Part shown: piece by piece, positions 49,277 through 61,358 of the stretch | How positions within the stretch are numbered: the stretch's first letter is position 1 | How the letters are laid out: each line of letters starts with the position of its first letter | Origin: Marsupella aquatica | Taxonomy: Eukaryota > Plantae > Marchantiophyta | Length of the DNA stretch: 64,000 nt | Assembly (NCBI GenBank): GCA_973895155.1 | Contig: OZ316898.1 | Coordinates: 16,537,420-16,601,419 of the forward strand | Reading direction: 5' to 3' | Made by a program: the position numbers and the translations under genes | Notes under the pieces: model-generated | What the model was told of the DNA's origin: nothing | The model's input: the letters and a program-made list of their open reading frames with translations, nothing else | Databases searched by the model: none

Positions 49277-50193
49277 ATGGCTACCTCCAGTAGGACACTG
49301 AAGAGGCTTGCCTCAGACCTTCCTCCTACACTGTTTGCTGGAGTTAGAGCAATTTTTGTCACTCATACTAGGGGGGAGGACACGAATAGATGGGAGTTCA
49401 TGAAAAGACAATTGGTTGAGAATGGAGGGATAGTGTTGAAACAAATCAGTAGAGACACCACATACGCCATCGCTGATGATTGGTGTGATGTGATGCAGAA
49501 GTGGTTGTGGAGCACCATCAACTTTTACAAAGAGTCCTATGGTCTTTTAAGGTTGTTGATGCCTCTTGGATATATAACTGTCTAGAATATAGCACCCTTC
49601 AGGACCCAACAAAGTATGATATATGGTTGAACAAACGGGCCACCAAAGACATTTTGCGGTTCAAAGCACAATAAGATGATGCTTCACAGGGAACTAGGCA
49701 AGAGCTCTTAGAGCATCCTATGCCTATCATAAACCCCCATGTGTGGGTCATGTTTAGGGGGGTTAAGGTCATGTTTGTGGGTGTCGGGATTCCACCGGGA
49801 AGGTTGAGACGTTTCAAGCACAAAATTCTGCACAGGCAGGGTGAGGTGCATGAACGCCTCATAGATTCTACCACTCATGTGGTCACCCTATCCTATTCCA
49901 GACTTTGTCGTATGGTTGGAAAGACTTTAGTTCGGATGATGGTTAGTAGGGGCCTGCAAGTGGTTTCACCTGCTTGGATGAAAGAGTCACTAGATAGAGG
50001 CATTGTACTTGATGAAGCAACCTTTGATCTGAATCAGGTGTGGCCTCAGAAGCCTAAGTACAAAAGACGTAAGAGTTGGGATGGAGGTGATGAACCATTA
50101 GTTAATGATGTACTCAGGGACACAACCACAGAGTGGGAAACCACGAGTGATGAAGACGAATACTCTTCTGACACTGGCGAATACAGTGATTAG
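49277..50193 (+). pseudogene. Tandem BRCT-domain protein (~305 aa) inside the CACTA; 1-nt frameshift near 49545 and TAA at 49672-49674
   Basis: BRCT1: LFAGVRAIFV..MKRQLVENGG....SRDTTYAI..(shift)KVVDASWIYNCL....QDPTKY. BRCT2: MFRGVKVMFVGVG...RL..FKHKI...G.V....STTHVV..VVSPAWMKESL..G..LDE..F. BRCT2 resembles the N-terminal BRCT of plant DNA polymerase lambda. Basic patch and acidic tail follow. Confidence 0.78.
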
Positions 50194-50655
50194 TTTATCT
50201 GATGAAGAGCCATGACAGTGTCAGTCATTTAGACAATGAATACTTGTTGAGTGGTGAACTTGTTTCCTTCAAATTCCATCTGTAATAAAAACATTCATTG
50301 TCCTCTCATCATGTCATTCCACAATTAAATCATCTCTTTGCTTTGGATGTTGTTCAAATTCTGTTCAAATTATGTTCTGTGTTGTGTGTCGTGTTGGCTT
50401 TCCTTAACCAGGGATGTGGCTTTGTCCTCATGTCTACATACAGTGTTGCAAGGCCCCTACGGAGACAGTACGTACTGAACGAGGTGTTTACAGAGCTGGG
50501 CAAACGTCCTTTGCTGTTTGTATTGTTGACAACTTCAACTCAGGTACATGACCAATTCACATGACAACAATGCACTTCTTCTTTTGACCATTAGTAGGCT
50601 ACTTTGTTACCCTTTCACCCACTCTTCATCACTGCAGAGTTTGCAATCTGTTACA

Positions 50656-53600
50656 ATGCACCCTGGTCACCACCCTCCCCAGACCCAACGCAATGCACAG
50701 CCATTGCCTTTACATCATCCCATAAGGGTTGCACGCCATGACAATAAGCTTTGGCAGCGTGAAACATTAAGAAACAGACTTGCAAGAGCCAATAGGATGA
50801 GATGTCCTTGTGCAATCTGCCAAGGGACTCGTAGCAGGGTCCTCAGTGAGGTTTGGCGGCATATTGTGGTGAATGGGCGAGATCCACGACATCGAGTTTG
50901 GAATAATCCAGCGGAGGAAGATACTTCTGATGAGGAGTGGAGGGCAGATTTTGAGGCTGCCAATGTTGTGCGACGGTCGGAGGTGGATTTTCCAGGTGAT
51001 TTGGACAATGTTGTTGCTGGTCTATGTGGGATCATTGACCACCAACAGGACATTCGTCGGGCAGAGCCACATGACAAAGGCATTCATGTGGAACAGATGG
51101 TGCGAGACATCTTTCAGAACTTGGATGCATTTCATGATGGGTTGGACAATGAAGACAACACTGATGCTGATGCAAGTGTGCCCCCAGTTGACAATCCTCT
51201 AGATGAGTTTGAGATAGGGCAAGAAACCCCTGGGCATGATTGGATGTTTGGCTCTCCTGTGCAAATTCAGGAATGCAGGCACCCCCTGTATCCCGGTAGC
51301 AAGTGTTCCAAACTAGCATTTGTCATCATGTTCCTGAACATTTGCGGCAACCACAATGTCCCCAACATTTTTGTTTCTGAGTTGTTGGCCTTACTACGAC
51401 TGACTGTGCTACCGCCTGATAATCTTTTGCCAAAAAGCATGTATGAGGCTAAAAGATGCATATCTAATCTTGGATTGAACTATGATTCCATCCATGCTTG
51501 TCCTGATGGGCATATTCTCTTCAGAAATCAGTATAAGGATCTCTTGAGATGCACTGTCTGTGGGAAGCACAGGTATCAAAATGTAGGGAAGTCTTTAGTT
51601 CCAGCAAAGGTACTTCGTCATTTTCCACTCATTCCTAGGCTTCAATGGATGTTTAGAAGCCTTGCTATCTCAAAGATGATGACTTGGGCAGCTTCAAAAA
51701 AAAGCTCGGATGGGCTGCAACGACATGCTGCCGATTCAAGATAGTGGAAACTCATAGATGAGATATTTCCAGAATTTGCAACAGAGCCAAGGAATGTGAG
51801 GCTTGGGTTGTCATTGGATGGGGTAAACCCATTTGGAGACAAGAACAATAAGTTCTCATGCTGGCCTGTAACTATTTTGAATTACAACCTTCCTCCTTGG
51901 ATGACTACAAAGAGATTTTTTGTTCTCCTAGTTCTGTTGCTACCAGGGCCAGACTCTACTGTGTCTGCCAACATAGATGTGTACCTGGCTCCCCTTGTGG
52001 AAGAATTGAAGAAGCTATGGGATGAAGGAGTTCTCACATATGATGTGCTGCAGAGGCTTGGGAGGCTGAACCCGTTCATACTTAGAGCAATCATCATTTT
52101 GACTATAGCTGACTACCTAGCCCATGGTATGATATCAGGACAAGTAACAAAAGGGTATCGGGGATGTACTATTTGTGGGCCCAATGTCACCAGTGAGCAC
52201 TCTAGAGCTTTGGGGAAAGCGATATACATGGGCCATCATCGTTTTTTGAGGCCAAATCACCCTTACAGACGAACGCAAGCACTCATTGCACACTTTGACC
52301 ATACCATTGAGGATCGCGGACCCCCAGAACGGGTGACCAAAGAAGAGATCAAGCAATGGGGAGCACTCAGGGATGACTACATCAATCGAGGAGGCAGGCC
52401 AGATGCAGTGGGTGATCCAGGAAAACGATATGGTGTGAAAAGACAGAGCATATTGGACTTGGAACTGGAGTATTGGAGGGTAAGCCTCTGAGGCTCTCTG
52501 CTCCTTGAAAATGATTGCTACTTTGGAATGCTTCATATGATGTGCATGAATTTTGACTAGACTCAACTAAATGCATTTGCATACTCACTTTATATATATT
52601 GCAATTGTGCAGAAGTTTGAGCCAAGCAAACATAACATTGATGTGATGCACATTGAGAAGAATCTTTGTGAGAGTCTTCTGCGATTTTTGTGTGGAGAGA
52701 AAGACACTGGTGTTGTAACACTAGTAGATTGGATGTTGAACGGAGGGGTATCAAACCCCATCTATGGTTGAGGCCACATGCTACCAAAGCTGATGTATTG
52801 TTAAAGTACCAAGCGCCTTATGTTCTGACACATGATGAGTGGAACCTATTTGTCCAAAGGTTGGGTTCTTTGAAAGTTCCTTCAAACTATGGGAGTGCTT
52901 TCAAGAAGCACATTATGAGTAGGAAGCTTGGCAGTATGAAAAGCCATGATTATCACCTGTTGATGCAACAGGTGTTGCCTTTATGCTTGAGGGGTCTCTT
53001 GCAGAAGCCTGTTCGTAATGTCATCATGCGATTGAGTGATGTGTTTCGCCGTATTTGTGTGAAGGTTTGGGATGAAGCCCAGTTCCCACAGCTCACAGAG
53101 GATGTTGCTCAGGTGCTGTGTGACTTGGAGATTTATTTCCCCCAGCTTTTTTTGATGTTATGACTCACCTACTTGTCCATGTTGTGGAAGAGCTATGTCA
53201 CCAGTTTGGCCTATTAGTGCTGTACCCTTTGGAGCGGTACATGAAGTTACTGAAAGGTCACGTTAGAACATATTACAAGCCAGAAGCAAGCATGGCTAAA
53301 GGTTACATCAAGGATGAAACCCTAGGATTTCTGACCGAATACATAGCACAATATGAGCATGTGAATACCAGGGTCTGGAATTCTGATGAGGAGGAAGGGG
53401 TCATAGGGGAAGTATTGGAAGGGGCTACAATAACAAAGAATTTGACAACAGCTATGAGAGACTTGGCACATGTCTTTGTATTGCACAACACTGTGCTCAT
53501 GGAACCTTGGATACAGTGAGTACCATCATGTCCTACTAACAACCTCCTTCATAGCATATCATTGTCTGCATGTGATTAACTCCCAACATTTGAATGGATT

Positions 53601-54399
53601 GCCAAGCTAATGTTGTGAGATTGTTTCTTCAGGGAGTACGAGTCATTGAAGGCTGCCCATCCCACTATTGGTCCAGCCTTTCCAAGTTTGGCAGAGTGGA
53701 TCTGGCTAGTGATTAGGGAGCATCATACAACCCATCCAGACATGGATGCAGACCTTTACCTCCTATCCAATGCCCCTAGTCTGAGAGTGAAGAGTTACAA
53801 ACGGATGAGAGCATATGGGAATCACTTTCGAGTGAAGGATGATGAGAGTGCGTACAGGGTGACAAATGACTGCGGGCTCATTACCTGTATTTCAACAGCA
53901 GAGCCATGACCATGATAGGGCCTGGATGGAGATGGGATATGTGGGTGAACTAGTTGACATATGGGCTCTAGATTATGGGGCCATGTCCAGCCCTGTCATT
54001 GTTATGAAAGGTTCATGGGTTCGACAGGATTGGGACAATAATAGGGCTACCATGAAGAGAGATAGTGATGGATTCTTGCTTGCCAATTTTAGAGGGAAAT
54101 TGCCTGAATGGTCTGAGCCATTTGTCTTTCCCAGTCAGGTGGAGCAAGCTTTCTTCCTGGATGTGGAAGACTCCCTAGGTTGGCGTGTAGTCTGTCATAA
54201 ACAGGCTAGGCAACGTCGGATGGAAGGATCTAAACTTGAGTTCCATTTATATTCTCATAGTGCCTTTGATCGTCGACGTGCACACCAAGTGTCTGTTGTT
54301 CATGATAGCAGGGAGTTCATTCCTGTGACAAGGGTAGAGGTATTTGCTGAAGGGGATCAACTTAATGATCCAGATACCGATAGTGAACTTGTGCCTTGA
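50656..54399 (+). pseudogene. CACTA TnpD/Tnp2 transposase (Transpos_assoc, Transposase_21, DUF4218, DUF4216), disrupted
   Basis: CPC..C zinc motif, IHACP, RHFPLIPRLQ, RLGLSLDGVNPFG, NYNLPPW, HNIDVMHIEKN, MKSHDYH, MTHLLVH, YPLERYM, EPFVFPSQVEQ. TAG at 51742, frameshifts near 52715, 53145 and 53905; introns about 52480-52611 and 53516-53632. Confidence 0.93.
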
Positions 54400-54531
54400 G
54401 TAACCTGCATTGTTTGCATGGACACGAATAGATTTTGTAATAAATTAATTGTCAAGGAGCAGATGCATGGTCAAGTAATTGGATTGTCTTTCAGGGTGAC
54501 CATAGATGACATGTGCTTGTGATCCAATAGG

Positions 54532-57500
54532 ATGGAACAGAGTGACACACATATGTGTGAGTATGAAAGGCAAGCCATGGAACGTCGAGCATACGTGAAT
54601 GCCAGAATAGCCGAACTGGAAGCCTCCTTGAAAATGGATGTGGCTGAATTGTAAGGGAACAATTTTCTGCCAAAACTTGATGTTAAGTTGGGTGTGACCT
54701 GAACATTTGATTGTGGCACTAAAGTTATGATTTGATTCTTGTATTGGTGTGTTGTAGATGCACAGACCTTTCAAAGCAACAAAAGGAGCGTCAAAGGAGG
54801 GTGACTAGCAGTACCACTGGACCTGTGCGTCAAAGTGAAAGGTTGAGCAACAAGGTAATACCTACAATGGCAAAATGTGCAGATGAGATAGATCCTGCAC
54901 AAGTGGGTGACGAGGGGAGACAAAACGATCCAGACGATGAGTATTTTCCAGAGGAAATGGATGAGGATGGTGGATATGAAGATGAATACATTGCGGAGCC
55001 ACCAAAGAAGAAGCAAGTATGTAGTTTTCTAATGATGGTATTGGGTTCAAGTGCTTAGTACAACTTAGGTCTCATGCGTTCACTAGCTATGTTTTCTAAA
55101 ATTATATTTGGTGATGTATGTCATGCAGGGTCCCATGAGTTCTGCTTTGCTTACTCAACCTATGCCTCCACGGTTGGTGCCTTCTACTTTGCCTACTCAA
55201 CCTGTCCCTCCACGTCCCGTGCCTTTTGCTTTGCCTACTCAACCTGGGCATCCACCATACCAAGGTGGGATGAACCCTGGCCGTGGTTGGCAAGGTGGTA
55301 ATAGAGGTAGATCCCAGATTGGTGCCCAATACTACGGGAGGGGACAGAGTTCAGGTTTTGGCCGCAGTAGAGGTAGATCAGGTCAAAACTCACAGTCTCA
55401 TGGGTATGGCTGTCCACCTCAAGCATGGGGATGTGAGTATTTCAATTAATTTATATGCCAGTCCTTTGCTAATTAGTAGTGTGGAAAAGTTGTGAAGGAC
55501 TGTGAGGTCTAGCAATGAATGCAATTTATGTTACGGTTGGATTGAGAGAAGATTACATTGTGTCCTCGCTTGAATTACATGTAGATTCTGCTCAACCTGA
55601 TCGGGCAAATGCTCCTAATGAGGAGTACCAATGTCCGCCAGGACAGACTTGGGTGGAACCAGGTTGGGAGGATGCTGATGGGACTTGGAATAAACAAGGC
55701 TGGAAAGGTGGTGCCGGTAATTGGCAGGGGTATCAGAATATGTCAGCCCCTATGAATGCAGGAAGAGGAACAGGTAAAGTCTCCACTTGTTTGCATTGGA
55801 GGGTAAGTCACTTTTTTATAGTCCATTCAAATGGGCTTTTCAAGGTTCATGTTTAAGGAATGATGGCAATTGTGTGTGTGCAGGTTGGGCGGGTGAAGGA
55901 TCACAAGTATTCACTAACACCCCTACGCAGATGCAGCATGGAAGGGGGTCAGGTAAATTTGAAAGTGGATAGCAGGTTTACTAAGTCATGAAGAATGTTG
56001 ATGTTGTCAATCCATGCTATAAAGTGGGTACATAATGACTAGAAAAGAAGCATGTACTGGGTTGGGCAGGTGGCAAACAGTCACAACAATATCAGAATTT
56101 TGTCCCTGCACAGATGCCTACAGGTGGAGGTGCAGGTATATGTATGTTTTATCTTTTGTGGTCCCCTGGAATTAAAGACTTGTTTGTGCAAATTGCATAT
56201 ATGTTTTGTGATGAATGATTGCCACCTAGGTACAAGCTTGTAATTGCATCTGTTTGATACATGAATGTTTGGCAATGGGAATGGCTTAGTTTGTGAAGGT
56301 GACTTCAGAACTCCAAGTAGGGTGAATCGAGGGGTGCCCATTACACCCCCCAGTACTACAGAGAGCAGTGCACAGGGGAAGTAACAAAGAAAGGGACAGT
56401 AAAATTGAATGACAGACAATGGGTGGATGCTGAGTGTCCTCGCAAGAATCGATGGCATGCTGATTTGAAAGTTGAAGTTCTACGTTGGTTGGATGTGAGT
56501 ATTATTAATTTTAAAAAACAACATGCCCAAGATTGGAAGACGGTTTGTCAAAATGTTGTTGCTCGATGGAATTATGTGGGCAGTGATGATGGAGTGGACA
56601 TTGCATGCTTGAATGATCGATTGAGTCAACTGACTGAGTTGTTCCATGGTAAGTTTGCATCATTAATGGAAGCCATAGTGTCGGTGAGAAGTAAGATTGA
56701 AAGCAGCTCTGGAGGAGTTCCACCATCACCGCTTGAGGTGGCAAAGTCTATGCACTCTTCTGGCATTCCAGTGGTATCTGCAGTTCAAGGTAAGACTTTA
56801 TATATATTTGTTGGATATGATGCTAGAAATCTAGGTTATGACTCATTAGAATGGTTATGGTGACTTGGTATTTGACATTGTTAGTGTGACATATATTGTT
56901 GTGGTGTCCCATAGAGAGAGAAGCAGATGTTGAGCAAAGCAAATTTGCTCACTTGAAGAAGAGTCGATGCAACTTAGAGGCAACCAAGTTGCAGCCTGTT
57001 GATAACCGGGATTTGGCAGAGGGCAATGATGAACCATCTTTGCTCAAGGTTGACATTGTTGAAGGTGATATCAATTCAAATGTTGGGGTAGAGAAACAAT
57101 ATACTTTCCCTGACAATGATAATGCTGAGCCAGATACATGCTATATGGAAGAATGTTTATGGAATGTGGACCCTGATCTTGGTCCCATTCCAAAATTACC
57201 TGAATTGACAACAACAGGTGGGTCTGCTAGTGTGCCCATGCCAACAGAGATGTCTGCTCCTATGGCCATCCCTAGGAAGGAGTCTACTTCTGTGGCCATC
57301 CCATGTGAAGTGCCCCTGGAGACAAACTTGATATATTATTGTGAATTCAAAGAAGGGGAGCATGCGCACTAGAAGCAAGTCTACTGGAAGCAAAGCCACA
57401 ACAAGGGCAACCTACAAACCTCCAAGGTCAGTGGTGAAGGAGAAATCTAAGGTGGAAACAGTGAAGGCACCAAATGCAGAGGGGCATTCTAAGTTGTTGG

Positions 57501-57736
57501 CTATTGATGATAGTGGGACATGTGTAGGATTTGGCAAGGTGCAAGCAGGTTCCACAACTTTCCATGGGAGAAAAGTTCCACCTGGTTATTCTGTAGTGTT
57601 AATAGACTTACTTGTGGTTCCAAAGGCTGCTCTCCCTTTTCCCAACACCAATGATGATCCTCCTCAAAGAGTTCTTCTTGATGCAATAGGTTCTACAATA
57701 CTGTGGCCAAGCAAGTTTGTAGAGGATGAACAATAA
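54532..57736 (+). pseudogene. CACTA ORF2 (TnpA/Tnp1-like), multi-exon, with Pro/Gln-, RGG- and GW-rich N-terminal region and a Tnp1/DUF8039-like C-terminal domain; disrupted
   Basis: Phase-compatible exons 54532-54650, 54758-55016, 55129-55432, 55585-55773, 55884-55952, 56070-56135, then 56299 onward. N-terminal CEYERQ..RR..N.RI.EL motif; C-terminal VGFGKV...HGRKVPPGYSVVLID...LPFP..L.DAIGSTILWP. Frameshifts near 56375 and 57345. Confidence 0.72.
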
Positions 57737-58982
57737 AGTCATGCATACAGCCATGTGTTTGTAGTTTTAGTTTCATGCTTTCTGTATGTAGAAAGCATAA
57801 GAACCCTTACCTTTGACATGATATTAGTTAATATGAATATTTTGGTTTGAGTTCTCCCAAATGACTAGGTACATAGGTTAGAAGCAGCTGTCTGTCTAGA
57901 GCTCTTGTATTGGTGTATTGCAGATGCACAGACATTTTGCAAGATCATGAATTGATCGCATTAGTCTTGTATCATTGTGAACTATAATTTGGATAAATTC
58001 TGTTGCAATGAATGCTTCATTTTGAAAATGTGTTCAACTCATTCCGTATCATGCCTTTGAATGTGTTGAATGCACCTTATGTTTCATTATACTTGTGCAA
58101 TTGTCATGAATGCACGATACTTTGAAAACTATGACTAGAATAAAATAGTCATAGACAAGAGTGCATCTCACAATTATACCACAAATACTAACACAAGACC
58201 CATAAGTCCTCAACAATCGCCTTATAAGTCATGTTCATTACTAGGCCTTGTAGTTTCCTTCAACGATCTTAGTTATAAACACTACTAACACCAGATCCAA
58301 AGGATGTGTTGACAACTTGGAGATGTTAAAACTGATACTTCTGAAATGACTACACATAGTCACAACTTAGTCGCAAACACCAGTAATCTCAGTTCGTCGG
58401 AGGTCATGGTAGTAAGAGAGGCATGACTAATGGTAGTCACAGTGTAGTCACATTAGATGTGTGGTTTTATGCTCTATTTTAGTCTAAACCTAATCATAGT
58501 TTGGGTATCATCCATGTCACGATGTACAATAGTATTAGTGACTTTCCACATTTTAGTCACCATTTAGATAACTCGTGCGGTCTCAACCAGGGTCACGGTT
58601 GAGGAAGTCACATTGGTGTCACAAGGACTAAAAATAATCACAATTTCCGGTCTCAACAAGGCTCGGTTTCTTCTAGTGGGCCATTCCTATCTTTCCTTAA
58701 ATCCATTTTAATTTTATAAATTTGAGCCACGAAAGCCCCACAGCAAGGGGAACAATTAGAATTTAGCAGCATCAGCAAAGGGGACACCAGTATTCCAAAC
58801 AGCCAACAGCGCAAGTGTCTCAAGTCCTAGAGTGCATCCAAGGGCAGTCCATCAACCTATCTCAGTACCCTTGATAGACAGAACCCTCATCATCTACAAA
58901 CCATCATCCTCAAACAAACTCTACTTCTAACCTGAAGTGATCCAGATATCCCTCCGGTTAATCCATAGCACCCTTTTCCTAT

Positions 58983-60806
58983 TTACCATCTCCTTGGTCC
59001 TAAGTAGTCTCGTTCTTCTATACAAGCCGGTAAGGTGAGTATCACCGCAGAGACATGGTCCGCCACTTCAGAGAGCATAAAGCGCAGGTCCAACTTTCTG
59101 GTTCCCTCTGTCTTGAACATGTGTTCATTCCTGCCATTCCACAACGTCCTGAGGATCTGGTATAGCATAAACAATTTCACTACTTTACATGGGTTCCTTC
59201 CGATAGCAGAGTCAAGCATCCCAATCAGGCCTCCAGAGCGATCCGCAAATGCACCATCAAAACATCCCGCACATAAAGCCCAGCATTGCTGTGCATGTGC
59301 ACAGTCAATGAAGAGGTGAGGAATGGATTCTAGAATCCCAGGACACAGCTTGCACTCACCAGTTCCTTTACCTATCTTTATCGCCCTCACTCCAGTAAAC
59401 AAACCAGATGCAATTATCCTCCACAGAAAAGTCTTAGCCCTCATAGTCAACCCAGATCTCCATATACCAGTCCATCCTACATTCCACTCCCCCGCTGTCC
59501 TGGATATCCCCCACGTTCTGCTCAGACTGGGGGTGTCGCTGCACTCAGTCCTGATCATCCAAAGCTCTTCAGTGGATCCAGACAGTCTGCCCAGCACCAG
59601 CATCGAGGACCAGGCTCATAGCCCCAAACACATTGTCTGATGCTCACTAGTGCATCCATGAATTTCCTTCCCAGATTACGGTGTTCCAGTGAAAATCCCC
59701 TCAGGTTCTCCCGTCTCTCATTCACCATTCTCCATCCCTGTCTCTCCTCCGCCCACAGATCCTGTATACACCGAATGCCCAGTCGCCCACAGAGCCTCGT
59801 GATAGCAGCCATGTCCTCATTGCTCCATGCCTGGAAGCCTTTCAAGCACCTGATTGTGTCCCCTACTGCCCATCTTCCTGGTACTCGATCCGTGGAGCAG
59901 AATATCAAATTCGCCCGTAGTTGTTCCCATGCCTTCCAAAGCCCACCTGTATATGCTAGTCCATGAAGTGCTCGCGGACAGCAGAGCAGCATCTTGTCCC
60001 TAAACGCGTAGTTGTTTCTCCTTACTACCTTATAGTTGGCCCATCCAATCAGTTTCAAATTCGCAGCAAACAAGCAGGCCCATTCCGATCTGGGGGAATC
60101 CAGCGCCCCAGTAAACCATTTGGCGAGTAATGCATCTGAATGGCTTCTGAATCCTTGATTCCAAGTCCCCCCTCCGTCTTAGGGCGAGAGATGCGAGCCC
60201 AGGAGACCAGTGGTACCCGCCTACCTCCCTCCTTATTATACCCCCACAGAAAGTCTCTACAGAGTGCAGTCATTTTTCTTGCCAGCGCATTAGAAGCCTT
60301 TAGGAACATCGAGTGGTATACTGGTATTGCCTGTAAAATGTGCCTTATAAGTAGAGTTCTGCCTGTGAATGTCAACATCTTGTTGGCCCAGGATGAAAGC
60401 CTTTGTCCAATCTTATCCAATACATAGTTGTGCAGCTACTCCGTTTTCAAGTCTACCCCCAGTGGAGCTCCGAGGTATTTCTGGAGTTCCCCCCTACCAC
60501 TGATCACACAGCCAGTATCCCTGAGCCACCGTGGCATTGTCGTTACTAGTGGTATCATAGTGGATTTCTGTAAGTTAAGGCGAGCCCCTGTTGCCAATTC
60601 ATAGCATTTCACCACCTCTGTTACCTGTTGAAAGTTTCTCTCCTTTGCCGGGATAAACATCCCCAAGTCATCCGCAAACAGTCGGTAGCAAATGGTTAGT
60701 ATCTCTGAAACTTGTATTCCTTCCAGCCTGCCCGTAGCTAGTTCTGCATCCATAAAATCCATCAGTGGCTGTGTTGAGATCACAAGAAGGAGAGGAGACA
60801 AGGGGC
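58983..60806 (-). mobile_element. L1-clade LINE remnant (RT C-half and zf-RVT), 5'-truncated, frameshifted
   Basis: CPLSPLL, LFADD, KYLGAPL, LSSWANKMLTFTGR..L..IPVY, VSW..I..PK.EGGLG, C..C....ESIPHLF..C, LW..RN. Confidence 0.9.
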
Positions 60807-61010
60807 AAACCCCTATAAAGTTGGAATATTCTTGGAATATTCAAAACATTAGAATAAAAAGACCCTAATGTTCTTATAAGTCTCAAAATTGAATTTAAAA
60901 GACCCTATTGTTCTTCTACAAAAATTCTTAAGTCTTCCCTTAGAACCAATAAAATGACCCATCCTTCGTCGCACATGATATGCCATTTTTATGGAAGTGA
61001 AACCCCCAAG
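60807..61010. mobile_element. MITE family A, right part, fused to the LINE truncation point
   Basis: Matches 20620-20823; ends AGTGAAACCCCCAAG. Confidence 0.82.
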
Positions 61011-61156
61011 CTCTTGACTAACATAGTTTTGTTTATCGCTCCACACAAAGTCTATGAACCATTCTCAATACTATCCATTTAGTGTTGTTGGTAAACTTGC
61101 AAACTCACAATTGTAAGAGCTTATTGATGTCTACCCAAGGATGCTTGCCTGCCCAC

Positions 61157-61358
61157 CCTTGGGCCCTCACTCCGTGTAAAAGAAGTGGACCCCCTGCGAT
61201 CGAGACCTCTTCCTGTTTACCCCTTGTTATTTCCATTTTACTATAAAAAGTTCCCTTATTACCGGTAATAATTATAATTATTAGTTCAAAATGAATAAAA
61301 ACTACCCTTCAAGCATTTTCACATCTTGCATGTATTAGTTAAGACTGAGGGCCCAGGG
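61157..61358. mobile_element. MITE family C, 202 bp
   Basis: TIRs CCTTGGGCCCTCA / TGAGGGCCCAGGG; TSD CTGCCCAC / CTGCCTAC. Confidence 0.82.

Larger units (their letters stand above)
44170..58678 (+). mobile_element. Full-length CACTA (EnSpm) DNA transposon, 14,509 bp, with cargo genes; coding sequences decayed
   Basis: Perfect 18-bp TIRs CACTAGAAGAAACCGAGC / GCTCGGTTTCTTCTAGTG (imperfect to ~30 bp); 3-bp TSD GGC; subterminal (A/T)AGTCA(C/T) repeats in both orientations; TnpD and TnpA-like ORFs. Confidence 0.95.
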
